A stretch of 62,920 bases of DNA, counting the filler, from Reticulomyxa filosa (taxonomy: Eukaryota; Protista; Foraminifera), in the NCBI GenBank assembly GCA_000512085.1. It is 18 parts of 18 records of this genome, joined end to end, with 100 filler letters (N's around TTAATTAATTAA, not from the genome) between each part and the next. Parts side by side here need not be neighbours in the genome. Positions count along the whole stretch, not along the records: positions 12,450 to 25,421 come from ASPP01008223.1; positions 25,522 to 29,690 come from ASPP01010037.1; 16 more parts are not named here. One strand, written 5' to 3'. Position 1 is the stretch's first letter. Each line of letters begins with the position of its first letter. Both the position numbers and the translations under genes were made by a program. Positions 12,655 to 25,613 of this stretch are shown piece after piece. The notes beneath the pieces were generated by a model. That model saw only the letters and a program-made list of their open reading frames with translations. It was not told the origin of the DNA and searched no databases.

Positions 12655-14165
12655 ATGTCACAAGAATCCTCTCAACCTCATAATCCAACGTTACAAAAGC
12701 AACCAAGCTCATTGAATAAATTTTGGGAAAGTGTAGAGAAAGCGACAAAAACAGCAGGAAAGTCAATTTCTCACGGCTATGTAAAAGCAAAGCAGTATTC
12801 AGTCTCAAAAATGGGCGTGGAGCCAACAGCAGAGTCGCACGAGGTGACCCGTGCATTTGAAGTTAGTCATTCGGAATGTCCCAATGTTTTTGCCCCTTTT
12901 TTTTTTTTATGAGCTTGTCTTTTGTTATTTTGTGCACGTTTCCTCCAAAACACTTTCTAGGCATTGAAACTGACGAAAGTGGAGATAACTTCATTGGCTG
13001 CTGCTTGTCGAGGAATGTATCAAGCTAGAGCAGGTAATTGAGCAAGTGTAGCAATTTATTGTGTTTGTTGGCAATGGGATGGGAGGGGGGGGGGGGAGCA
13101 AATTGGTTCAGTGTTCATTGCCCCTTTTTTTTTTTTTTTTGTTCAATGCACAACAAAATCTTTTTTTTTGGGGGGGGGGATGGATGTTAGAATATTCCCG
13201 TCAAAATGTAAGCTTCAGCGAAGCAGCAGAGCAAATGAAAGTAAGCGAAGACGATCGGTTGGGGAGTTTTACCAAAGAATTGGGCAAAGTGCTGATGTCA
13301 ATGGATGTTAGTTGTTGTTGTCCGCCAGTATTGTGTAGTATGTTACATATATGTGTGTGTGTGCGTAAATGTATGGAAGCTCACAAAAAAAGAACCACAT
13401 GCAAAGTAGCTTCCCCCTTTTTTTTTTTTAAAAAAAAAAAAAAGATGAGTGAACAAGAGTATTTAAATCAATTGCTAAACCAGTTGGTAATTCCCTTGGA
13501 ACGTTTTCGTGATGAAGATATCGAACAAGTAAGCGCGCTGAAATGGAAATACACAAACGCAAAGACGGAGTATGACTACGCCGTGAACAACGTGATCAAA
13601 GCCAACAAGCCAGACACAACACCCGAAAAATTGCAAGACCTAAAGCAAAAGCGCGACGCCAAAGAGTCGGAATTGAATAACTTGCGATCTGAATTCATTG
13701 TAAGTTACGCTTTGTTTTCACTTTGCCATTGTGATTCTTCTTTGGTATATCAAACACAACAACAACAATTGGAAAGATTTGGCTTTGGTTGTTTGTTTGT
13801 TTGTCCATTTTGTAACGTATAGACATCAGTCAACAAACTTGAAGAAAAAAAATAATGAACTGCTTGCCAATGCGCAACGCTTTTATGGGTCATTGCTGAC
13901 ATATGCTAAACACATATCTGGTATTGTCCACGACAATCCCATTGTCCCCAAATCCACGAATGGCTTGGAACACAACAGCTATCTCACGTTTCAAGACGAA
14001 AATGACAGAAAGGATATCGATTTCTCGTCCCGCAATATTTATACGCCCGTTGACACCATACACGACAGCAGCGCCAATCATACACATGTCTATTTGGAAG
14101 GTGTCCCCATTTCTGATACTGAAACAGCTGATAGCAATGGAAGGAAAAATATGATCAATCAGTGA
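12655..14165 (+). CDS. BAR-domain-like protein (about 5 exons)
   Basis: Exons at about 12655-12859, 12961-13033, 13190-13306, 13444-13699 and 13823-14165. Amphipathic helices with QLVIPLERFRDEDI...KYTNAKTEYD are typical of BAR domains. Confidence 0.65.
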
Positions 14166-14610
14166 ACAAACTTCCTTTTTTTTTTTTCCTTTTTGCACGT
14201 GTATGTCTCTTTAGGACATACACTTACACAAACACATACATATACATATATAACTATTGTCTTCCTTGAAATGCCTCTCCGTTAATATATCTTTTTCTCT
14301 TTGTAATCTTATCCTTTTCCCTGCAACGCTCTGAAAAAACGTCACATGACCGAATTCTTGCTTTTCTTTGGACTGTTGACTGCGTGATGTGTGCAAAGAA
14401 TTTGACAACATTTATCTTAGGAATGAATTGTGCCAAATGTTCGTCCACCTTTCACACATTTGTTTTAGTTTTAGTTTTAAAGTTTACTTTAACCAAAGGC
14501 GTCAAACAAATTTCTTCATCACCTCTCTACTATTCTAAAAAAATATCATCAGTAACAATCTTTCAGCAAAATTCTAAAAACAAAAATTTTTGAATCTCGA
14601 ATAATATAAG

Positions 14611-15730
14611 TTGGTTAGCCCTCCAGGGGTTCACAAAACCAGCATTGGAGAGAGTATTGTCAGTGCCTTGAATCGCAAGTTTTACAAATTCTTGTCGGAC
14701 GACTCGCACGTGTTGAAGGGCTTCTTACGAACCTACATGGGCAGAAATCCTGGCAAAATCATCTAATAGCCTTAAGCAAACCACCGTTTGCAATACCGTT
14801 ATTTTGGTCGACGAAATCGACAAATTAGGCGCTAAATATTCGGATCCAAGCCATGCCTTATTGGAGATTTTTGGACCCTTCACAGAATCAGTTTATTTAT
14901 ATGCATTCAATAAAGGATTTGTTGTATATATGTGTATATGTATATATTGTCAGCGCGTTTGTCGACAACTACATGGATGTCCCTGTGGACTTGTCCGTTG
15001 CATTATTTGTGTACTGCAAATGACAAAAATCGCATTAACCCGAGTTTGAGCGATCGATTGCAAATCATTCATCTTCCTGGTTATGACTATGTTGAAAAAC
15101 TCTCAATTGCCAAAAAGTATTTGCTGCCCAAATGTCTACGAAAAAGTGAGTTACAAACTGACAATATTCAAACCAGCGATGAGGCCGTTTCCAAGTTGAT
15201 TCGTTGGTATTGCATAGAAAGCGGCGTGCGCTCTTTAGAGCAGCACTTGGAGCGAATTACATCTAAAGTTATATTTTCAAACACAAACAACAAATAATAA
15301 TAATAATATTAATATTAATAATACAAAGGTAGCATATTTGCGTGCGAAAAGTGGATGTATTGGATTCAACAAAGATAAAACATCAACAACAAATTCCGTC
15401 AATGGTACCAACGTGTCCTCATCGTCCAAATTTTCCACAGCGTTTGAACGGATGAAAAAGGCTATATTCAAGAATTACGCTAATGCCAAAAGTGAGGGTC
15501 TTTTAAACGAGCTTCCTGTCGTTTGTGTCACACCGGAAAACTTGTCCCAATTTGTCGAGCCAAGAAGATTCACATTCGATCATACATACGAGGATGACAA
15601 CACTACATCTCAAATGAAATCAAAAAAATTCAAATCAACTTACGTTTCCTTTAATCAAACTTTTTTAAAAAAGACTTTTTTATTTATATTATTATTATTA
15701 TTTGTAATGGTGAAATATCAACATATATGA
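14611..15730 (+). pseudogene. Lon protease AAA+ fragment pseudogene
   Basis: Mutated Walker [14 protein letters not shown] (consensus GPPGVGKTS), LRTYMG, ILVDEIDKLG..DPSHALLE, DRLQIIHLPGY, ESGVRSLEQ. Contains frameshifts and stops; N-domain and protease domain are absent. Confidence 0.85.
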
Positions 15731-16420
15731 CATTATTTTCATGATCATTAAAACAATGTAATGATTTTGATGTTTCAAGATCCCATAAACGAATAGAATT
15801 ATCACCAGATCCAGGACACAAATATCTACCACCACTAAATGGTGAAATTTCAATATAATAAACTTTTTATATGTTTATTAAATATTTATAATTGTCGATT
15901 ATTTTTAAAGCCCCAAACGAATTGTTCTATCATAAGATGCAGAACAAATAATATTTTGACGATAATTACGATAATTATATGATAAAAATTTCACACAATA
16001 CAAATGTCCTGAATGTCCGTTGAATGATTGAATTTGTTTGTTGTTATCGACATCCCATACACGAATTTTTTTTCATATGATCTAGAACAAATGAATTGAC
16101 AATAATCAAATGCTAAATAATCAATACTCCACAAAACCCTTGTATGTCCATTGAATGTATTAATTAATTTAGATGATGAAATAAATTTATCAAGCATAAA
16201 AACAGTAGCTGCATATGTCAAATAAACATTTGAATGTTTTAATTATTATTTTTTTAAAAAAAAGAACAAATGAACTAACACAATTGACAACAGTTTGTCA
16301 AACTCATTTATCCATCCAAAGTTAACGTGTAATATTCGAACCCAATGTTGTAAGACTATTTTTATGTTCTCGTTAACTGATTCCATTGACATTTAAATAC
16401 AATTGATTAAAAAGAGTTCA
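15720..16420 (-). pseudogene. WD40-repeat gene pseudogene
   Basis: TFNGHTRVLWSIDY and FSPFSGGRYLCPGSGDNSIRLWDL remnants with frameshifts. Confidence 0.75.
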
Positions 16421-16429
16421 ACATCAAGA

Positions 16430-17440
16430 CATAAGTGAATTTTATGCAATTATTTATTATTTTCCAAAATTAGCAAAAATGAATTTTTTAATAATATTTT
16501 AAAAATATTTTTGTTATAACTTTGATTAGCTAATATCCGTTTGTTTTTTTTTAAAATGTATGCTCCAGGTCGTGTTTTGTCTCGAAGATTGTTTGTTGTT
16601 TTCTCTTGTTGTGATATTTTAAAGAACACTGTGCATTTGACACAATGTTTATCATCGGTGTACTGGACATTTTACAAGACAGATTGCATGTTTTGCAAAT
16701 TAGATGGAAAGCTTTGTGTCAATAGTATATATCAATATACACGCGACTACACGACGAATCCTGTCATGTTCGCTGATGGATTTATCAGTACGCTACACGG
16801 ATAAGATATGGCAGATTTAGGACGTTTTTTTGCACAAGTTGGGTGATGATGTACAATTTTTACCTGATGGTAAAATTATGTCATTTGCTAGCATATTTCA
16901 ATTGTGGGACGCAAAGTTAGAGACATAGCGTAAAAGAATAAACTTAGATATAGATTCTTTCTCAAATAGAATTTCTATAGATGGAAACAGAATCATTTGT
17001 TGTGAATGGGATGACACTGTCCAAATTATGGATATAAATTCTGGACAGGAAATAAAAAATATATATACCTTCCTGTATACGCTTTTCACCTGATGGTCAA
17101 TATATTGTAGCTCCACTTTATGATTCTACAATTGAAACATGGGATTGGATATTATGTGAAAAAGTAAAAGTGTTAAAAGGTTATTTCGTAAGCAATATTT
17201 TCTCCTGATGGACAATTCGAGTATGTGATGTCAAATAAAAAATTTGAAGTATGCATAGTGAAGTAAGCCATCTACACTTTCTTTTTGATGGTAAAATCCT
17301 TGCATCTTTGTCTCAGGATGGAATAATATAAATATGGGACATAATGCTTGGAGTAGAAATACAAAATTTCAAAAGAAGGAATAGCATACATGGAATGAAT
17401 ATTGCACGAAATACAAATATAATTGTAACGCATTCTTACA
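16430..17440 (+). pseudogene. Heavily decayed WD40-repeat pseudogene
   Basis: Repeated FSPDG-like and ..D.TI..WD remnants broken by stops and frameshifts. Confidence 0.6.
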
Positions 17441-17559
17441 GTTAATCGGTTCAACTTTGAGAACATTGTATAGATAAAAAAAAACATTAAACCAAAATGT
17501 ATAATTTATTGAATTGTATACAAAGATGACTTAAAAAAAAAGAAAGAAATTGAAAAGAT

Positions 17560-18480
17560 AATTAGTTATTGAATCAATTCATCATTAGTTGAAAATTTAA
17601 ATTGATTGATGATTTTAACATTACCGTCTTACGATACATTTTGGTAAATACCTTTCATTTGAAATATAATATCAACTTGCAATATACAAAACAAACAAAC
17701 AAATATAGATGAATATTTCAAACCATCAAAGATTTTACAAGGATAATCAAGTTGGGTGAACAGTGTAAAGCTTTCAGCAAATGAAACTAAAATCATTTCA
17801 GCTTCAAATGACAACGCAGTTTGAATATGGGATATTCCATTGGGAAGAAAATTCAAGGGTTACAAGGATTTGACAAACTGTAATAATACAAAATTTTCAC
17901 CAGATGAAAATATGATTGTATCATGTTCAGATGATAATACAATTCGATTATGTGATATCAATATGTCGATGCAAATGAAAAAAATGGAGGATATCCAAAT
18001 CGAGTGACAGGAGTAATTCGAATATGGTTGTATCATCAGGATAAGAAATAAAAAGAATGATGGGACATTCCGATTATGTAAATAATGTACAATTTTCATC
18101 TAATGGTGAACAACTTGTTTCAGCAAGTGATGATTACACATTCATAATTTGGAATGTCCAATTATGTGAAACGATAAATAGGTTTTACGGTGGTCAATTT
18201 TTTGTAGATGGGATGCAATTCAAATATGGGACGTGATATCAGGAAAACGACTGAAAATATTATGATTTTCTTATACTGTAATGCATTTAAAATTCTTTCC
18301 AGATTACCATACTATCGTAGTATGTTTAATTGATGGAACAATCCGATTATTTGATGTAAAATTAGGAATGGAACTACAAAAATTGGTAAAATATCCAAAT
18401 TATGCGATATAAATTGATATTTCACGAGATGGGAATACTATTGTATCTTTTTGTAATCATAAAGTTCAGCTATGGACACC
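17560..18480 (+). pseudogene. Decayed WD40-repeat pseudogene
   Basis: KFSPDENMIVSCSDDNTIRLCD and IISASNDNAV*IWD remnants with in-frame stops. Confidence 0.7.
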
Positions 18481-19417
18481 ATTATGACAAAAAGTGTTCC
18501 TAACAATACATTCAATAAAACACACAAACGAAATATTTTTTTTACAGCACCAAAGCTGTTTTGAAATTTTTTCATTGATTGTAGCATAACCAAATAAGTA
18601 CTACATTTCTTGTTGTCCTTAGTATATGAAAAAACAATTTTATGACAAATATGAGAAAGTGAAAAGTATTTTGAATTGCTTTTTGAAAATAACAACATAA
18701 TTCAAATACCAAAAAAAAAAGAAATTAAACCAATTTTCAATTCTTATAGATATCATTTTAAACAATACTGTCAGCATAAAATATTTTTTCCAAGCATCTT
18801 TGCCATCATTTTATTTTATTTGCGTTTCTATTTTCATAAATATTTCCATCAATTCTGTTTTATTGTGATTCATTTTCAATTACAACTTGAATCTTATATT
18901 TTTTGAAGTGTTAATTCGTTTACCAAAGAATCTCAATCTTTGTCATAACAACCAGAAAGGGAAAATGTTTCTCTTTTCTTTTTTCTCCTAACGACACAAC
19001 CAATAAAATGTAAATAATTTCAACAAAAAATTCTCCAAGAACAAATTTACAGAAAAAATATTTTGAAGAAAAGATAATGTCGTTGTAACAATCTTTTTTT
19101 GAAAAACAACTACTTAAAAAAACTCAAAAAAAAAAATAAAGGATCTTTCACTCCACTTCCTAAGCTTGAAAGGAAACACAACCTCTTGTAACTCGAAAGA
19201 AAATTGACCAACATTTGTGAGATGTTAAAATGTCCAATTAATTTTTTTGCAATTTTTTATTGAAGGAGGATCGCAAATAATGTTACAATCGAAAAATTGC
19301 AAGGCCTTATGAATAACTTAAGCTTCTTCAAACAGATTAAATTTCGCTCGGTGTTCTTCTTACTCGAAGTTTACATCAGTGACAAGCAAGTAGAACGTTT
19401 TAAAAAAAAAAATCTTC

Positions 19418-20203
19418 ATGGCACAGATGTCTGTATTAACAGATTTCTACAATACGCCACGACAACATCCCAAAGCTTTTTTTATTGGGTTTGGTGTTGG
19501 TTTATTTGCTTGTGTACTGGCATACAACGGCCGTAGATGCTGGACTGGACCAAAGAAGACACCAAATGGCGATAAGGTGAATAAGCTACTTGCAGTTGCG
19601 TTTATGATCATGGAACAGAGTCCAGCATCCATGTTTTCCACAATTCGTTCTGAGACCAGATACAGAGCGGATGAGGAGGTTAAAACAGAACTGTTGCCTC
19701 AAACGCGTGTGATGTCCAAAGACTACATGGAACTAGATATGAAAAATGATCCAATGTTGAACAATATTTTTTTTGGCACTAATGTCCAGTCTTCAAAAGT
19801 ACTGGACCTTAAATGGTATAACAATGTATGTATAACTTTTGAGGATGTGCAAGGAGGCGGCTACGTTACGCTGTATGGAAAATGCCAATGTTGTGATAAC
19901 GAGACGAGTATTGCCCGGCTCAAAGATAAATGGAAATCTTTTTTTGTAAACGCCGATTATCGCACAGATTTTCTATTGTTGCACTGTACAATTGAATTTA
20001 TGGAAATTGTTTCTTATAAGTATAAATTTTTTTCCGTCAGAAAGGATTGGAAACCATTTGTATTGAAAAAAGGTAAAATGCTATTTCTTGAGTTTATGAT
20101 ATTTACAACACAAATATCGCCACTCTCTGGGTTTTTTTTTAATTTTAAGCCAACATACTTTCAAAAAAAATAATTTAAACAGATGCCAACAAATGGATTT
20201 TAG
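19418..20203 (+). CDS. Membrane-anchored pyridoxamine 5'-phosphate oxidase-like FMN-binding split-barrel protein (general stress protein 26-like)
   Basis: N-terminal TM segment (FFIGFGVGLFACVLAY), then PQTRVM, IFFGTNVQSSKV.DL...NVCITF, GYVTLYG and KWKSFF. Probable intron at about 20072-20181 and a short last exon. Confidence 0.7.
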
Positions 20204-20824
20204 AAACAGATGCTTCTGTTGCTTAAAAAGAAGGAACAGACAATATTTTGTGGTTTTCAAAGTAACGCAAACATATTTTTTGTTTTGTTTAGACATTATT
20301 GTAAGACTTTTAACTCCAATTGACACTTGTTTCAAACGGAGTTTGTTTTTTTTCTACAATACAAACAACATATTACAAGCATTTTCACAAATGCAGTACT
20401 TTTGGATTACTTTGCATTGAAGGAAAAGCTAAAGTGTATCAACATATTGACATCAGACCTAAAATCTGGATATTCAAGTCTGTAATAACTTTCTCTACAT
20501 TGGAACAACATTTTTGCCAAGAAAGACGTTCTGCCTTATTCACATAATTTTTTGTCTTTGTCTTTACAAAAAAAAAACAGCTTGTTTCCCTATTTTCTCT
20601 GCTTGAAAGACAATTGAGCTCGCCATTTAGAAATTTTAAACAGCAGTGAAAAAAATCCAAAAGTCTAAATTTACCTTTGGATGACCAACCAAAACTTATT
20701 TTTTAAGTGACGAGGCCAATTTTTGCAGCTGCAAAGACTTATTTTGAAGAACTAGCTTATAACAAATAAAGAAAAGTTTGTACTTTTTTTTTTTAACAAC
20801 ATTTGTTTGCACAAAAAAAAAAAA

Positions 20825-21036
20825 TTATGGTGTAAATGAAGTAAACAACAATTCATCTTCACTGGTATCATCATCGTCCACGGCAGGCACAGTAGGCATC
20901 TAAAGTATCACCATCCGTTGTTGTTTTAACAGCTGAAAAAAAAGCGACATAAAAAAAAAATGAAAAAGAAACTTGTGTGACAAGACGATTGATTGATTTT
21001 GTAGTGAGTTGGACCGGTATATGGGAAGAGATGATA

Positions 21037-21069
<33 letters not shown>

Positions 21070-22628
21070 CGCTCAAGTGACCATTCAGACTCAAGCTATT
21101 GTTTAGACTGGTATTTGTGTCTAAGACAGTGTAATTTCTCGTTGGATGAGTTTGAGCAGCGTTGTGCAGGCACGTGTCTTTGCTCTCTTCATCGACGAGA
21201 ACATCGGGTATTGTTTCTGTGATGAGTGAAGGCGTAGTCAGGTGGTTGTTCTCATTAAGGTTGGGTTTACATTGCCACATGGACGACGAGCCATTGCCAT
21301 TCACGTTGTCCTCTTCTCTGTTAAAAGTCAAACAAGCAAATACAAGTAAACATGTATTTATTTATGTATTTATGTGTTCATGTATTGTAATTGGTTTAAT
21401 AATAGATACAAGAAAACAAAAGACCCACCTACCTATCGTATTGCTTAGAAATAGCAGTGTCATCATTGCTACATTTCCGTCTTTTTTTTTTTACGTTTGT
21501 TGTCATTTCGTCAGTCCATTCTTCGCCTTCACTGAGAATGCGTTTGCGACTTGTCCTCTTCTTTTTGCTTTGCTTCTCTTCCTCTTTGTCGTTTTCATTG
21601 CTTTGCGCTTTGCTTTTTTTCTTATTTTTGCTTTTGCTTTTGCTCTTGCCATTGGTGTTGCTGTTGCCATTGCTTTTGTTTTTGCTTTTATTTTTGCTAT
21701 TGCCATTTATAGTATTCGCATTTGTATTTGTATTTGCATTCGTATTCGTACTTGCATTTGTGGCAGCTTTGTTTGACCTTTTTTTTTCACACAATGGCCG
21801 TCTGCAACCTTATTTTTGCAATCAGCTTTTTGATTGGGTGTCGAATCGCTCTGCGATGAAGTCTCCTCTGTTGGCGAGAAGCAATGCTCGGCTTCTTTTT
21901 CGACTGTCTCTTCGTTCTCATTCAACTCTGTCCTCTTGTTGCCTCTCTTGTCCGCCATCACACTCTCATTCGCAGTCACTTTCACTTTTCTCGTCGTCAA
22001 TTGGGAGTCTGTCACCATTGGCAACACGCTCTCTTCACTCTTGTTTCTTTCGGAATTCGTCCACCTGTTTCCCAAATTTGCACTGTCAGCATTTTCTTTT
22101 TTTTTTTTTTTTTTAAAAAAAAATTGTATTATAGTAATAAGTGTTGTTATTATATGTACCACATAATATTATATAAATATACATATATGTATGTTTATAT
22201 AAATAAATGAAATAACAATTAACAAAACTTTTAATTTGATTTACTGACATTTTTGAAGCAACATCTGGAGACAAGCGACCCAAATGCGAAAAATGAGAAT
22301 GATTGGTTTGATTGCAATGGCTTGGATGAGGGTGGTTATTGTGTGTGGTCTTGTGGTCGGACATTCGCCGAATTATTGGGTATACCGACCACCACACATG
22401 ACCACAACCATCTCCACATACCAATCGACGAAGTATTTCCGCTTGCTCGTTTTCATTGAATTCTTGTAAAATTGACATGCGATTCTGCCACATCATTTTA
22501 TTTTGTGTGCAACGTCGTGTGTTTTTCCTCCCCCCCTCTTCGTTTTTGTTCTTTCTCACTTCGGCTCCCTCGCCCAAACAGATATTACCTACTTCAAAGT
22601 CATATTGAAACGAACAGAGAGAATACAT
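20825..22628 (-). CDS. Multi-exon low-complexity Asn/Lys/Ser-rich protein of unknown function
   Basis: Chain of minus-strand ORFs with poly-Asn, KSKNKS repeats and basic NLS-like clusters (KKKRRK), separated by polyA introns. Ends are approximate. Confidence 0.45.
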
Positions 22629-23214
22629 GGAAGCAGATTACAAATCACTAATCCTTATAGTTAAAAAAAAAAAAGAATAAAGAGGGGCCGACTAGACTGA
22701 GAAAAATAAAAAAATAAAACGACCCTGAACTCGCAGGTTGAAAATAAGAGTAATTTCAGCATTAAAGCGTTTTTATATTATTCAAAATAAAAAACTTTAG
22801 TCAATTTTTTTGCAACTGGTTTTTTTTGTTGTGGTGATTATGCATTGAAAAAAAATATAGATTGAGAAGGTGTTGGAATTCCTCTTAGAAAGAAGATACA
22901 ACTTATCCAGAGAATACAACAACTAAATATAAAAAGGTTTGAGGAGTATGGATAGCAGGCTACAATCAATTTGCAATGTTTAAATTAACTTTAATAAAAA
23001 AAATAAGTAACGCCAGAAAATGTTTGTGGCAGAGCAGATTAACTGTTTAAAAAAGGACTGTTTAATTAACTAATTTCTTTTGTTTAGCCTAAGTACAAGA
23101 CCGTCAAAGAAAAGAAACGAACCACACTAACAACAACAAAAAGAGTGAGACAAAGTCTTGGTTGTAAACCTGAAAGGCACAGCAAAATTTGAAAAAACAA
23201 ACAATCACGAAAGC

Positions 23215-25421
23215 ATGGCAGTGTCTCAAGTAATTGCGACGCATACGTATACAACAAAAGATGAAGGACATTTATCATTCAAAGCAGGGGACGTGATTGA
23301 CGTGGTGCAAGAAGACAAAAGTGGTTGGTGGGTGGGTAAAGTGAAGAACAAGCAGGGGTATTTCCCAGTGACATACGTGAAGAAATATGACGGAGCAAAA
23401 AAGAGTGCAGCAAAGAGCGGAACAACAAAAAAGCCAGCAGCAAAGAAGCAAGAGACAGCGAAACAAGCAACGAAAGAGAAGGATACGTACAAGGAAAGCC
23501 TCTTGACTGACACAGAAAAAAGCACAGCAGCATACATGGAAATGTCTTCAGACATGGATGTGACAACATCCACCAATCAAAAGACTGACCCAAATGCTGA
23601 AATGTATTATTATAGTGAGGTGTTGAATCTCAAATTTAACCCCAATGCAAAGTCTCGTTTTGGTATGCCCTAATTTTTTTTTTTTTTTTTTAAAAAAAAA
23701 ATGCATGAAATTGAAAAACAAAACAAAAAAAAAAGGTGTGACGGCACATTATATGTCGATATGCGCAATCATTGCAAGTTTTTTTTTGGGCACGAGTGCA
23801 TTTGCATGGGGAGGTGCAGACGCCAGTCCAGCGTTGGAGGGGAATAAGTCATTGATCACTGGTTGTGGGGTCTATTGTTTTTTTTTAGGTTTACGTATCG
23901 TATTTGTAATTTTATGTAATGGGAAGAGGAGGAAGGAGGAATATACTCTCTCTTTGATATTAATAAACAATATGCGACTTACCAATTTTTTTTTTTTTTT
24001 TTTTTGATTGGGTGTGATTCCGGGTTCTCCCTCTCCTGACAGCACCACTAATGGCCATCTTCGAATATCGATACGGACAAAGACGAAACAAAGGAGGTTT
24101 GCCTTTGCGTGGAATGCTATATCTATCGGTCGGAATACTCCCTTACTTTACCATTGTCACAGCCTTGGTAGGCGGGATGTGGACCATCACCGCAATGTTC
24201 GATATTTTGGCGTGGTTTGTTAAGTATTACAAACAATGCAAATAAAAAAAAGAAACATATATATATATATGTACATATGCATATATATATGTATATATGC
24301 ATATATATATATGTGTATATATGCATATATAATAAATCTATGAAGAAAAAAGAAGAATATGTAATGGAAACGGGTAACAAAGAAAAAGAATACGAGAAAG
24401 AATATAAAGAGAGATGGAAGCAATATGTGATGTATTCCAACTATGTAAAATGGATGAAAGGGTGGTGGAAAGAGGTTCGTCAGCAATCGAAAGTTCGAAG
24501 ATATGTGTTTGTCTTTGCCTATATGTTGTTTACAATAATCTTTGTGAGTCTGCAATGTGCACATTATGAAAGCGTCGCATCGGAGGACAATGCAAGTGGG
24601 TCAAAATACAGCAGCACATTGCATAGTAAGAATGCGGGGTCGTTGACCCCAGCGCAAAAGTCAATGGCGGAGTTGTACGACGACAACGGCGGGAGGATTT
24701 ATGGCAGTTGGTATCCAATGGCAAAGATGTTTGGCAATCTGTGCGACATCAACTGCGCCTTTATCGTATTGCCCGTGTGTCGATCGTTTATTGCGTCGCT
24801 GTACAACATATCGACGAATCAAAGGATGTCTTCGCGGGCCGTTCGTTTTTGTCTGAGTTTCATGCCATTGGACAAAGCCATGCAATTTCACAAATTATGT
24901 GCACTGTTGTCAGCACTGGGCGCAGTGCTGCACACATGGGCACATTACAATCACTACTCGCAAGTGCCCAAGACCTATCAAACTGTGTTCGGACCCACGG
25001 TGTGGATATCCGGAGTCCTCCTGCTCGTCGCCATGCAACTGCTGTACAGCACCTCCTCCGAGTCCGTCCGCCGAGGCAAGTTTGAAATGTTTTGGTACAC
25101 CCATCACGTGTTCGTCGTGTTCTTTGCCGCATTGCTGTTCCACGGACGCAACTCGTGGAATCCAAACTTTTGGAAGTGGTTCCTAGTCCCCGGCTCGCTC
25201 TACGTCATCGAGCGCGTCACCAGGGAGATCAAGGCCGCCAAGCCCGTCGGGCTCATCAGCGTCACGCACATGAACAACAAGTTCGTTAAAATGTTTTGTC
25301 TACAACTTGAAAAGACGGGGCCCATTCGACAGCATCAAGAAGGACAGTATCTCTTCTTAAACTGTCCCATCATCACACGATTTCAATGGCACCCATTTAC
25401 TATTTCGTCGCCACCAGAGCA
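23215..25421 (+). CDS. NADPH oxidase fusion protein: SH3 + p22phox-like 4-TM module + NOX (gp91phox-like) ferric-reductase TM and FAD-binding domains; 3' truncated by contig end
   Basis: Exons 23215-23662, 23736-23888, 24043-24218 and 24346-25421 join in frame through GT-AG introns (phases 1, 1, 0). SH3: LSFKAGDVIDVVQEDKSGWWVG...GYFPVTYV. p22phox-like: GVYCFFLAPLMAIFEYRYGQRRNKG...RGMLYL...ILAWFKKEEY. NOX: LPVCR, heme His pairs FHK-x12-H and YTHH-x11-HG, FAD motif QWHPFTISS. Confidence 0.88.
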
Positions 25422-25613
25422 NNNNNNNNNNNNNNNNNNNNNNNNNNNNNNNNNNNNNNNNNNNNTTAATTAATTAANNNNNNNNNNNNNNNNNNNNNNN
25501 NNNNNNNNNNNNNNNNNNNNNAAAAAACAACACGCAAACTACGTATACATTTCGTTTTGTTTTTAATTAAATGGAAATAACAGAAGGATTAAATAATGTG
25601 TATAAAAACGTAT

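Noticed and set aside
21162-22166. Long hydrophobic plus-strand ORFs (also 28451-29030 and 36225-36845 on the minus strand)
   Set aside because: They are antisense shadows of Lys/Glu/Asn-rich low-complexity exons.
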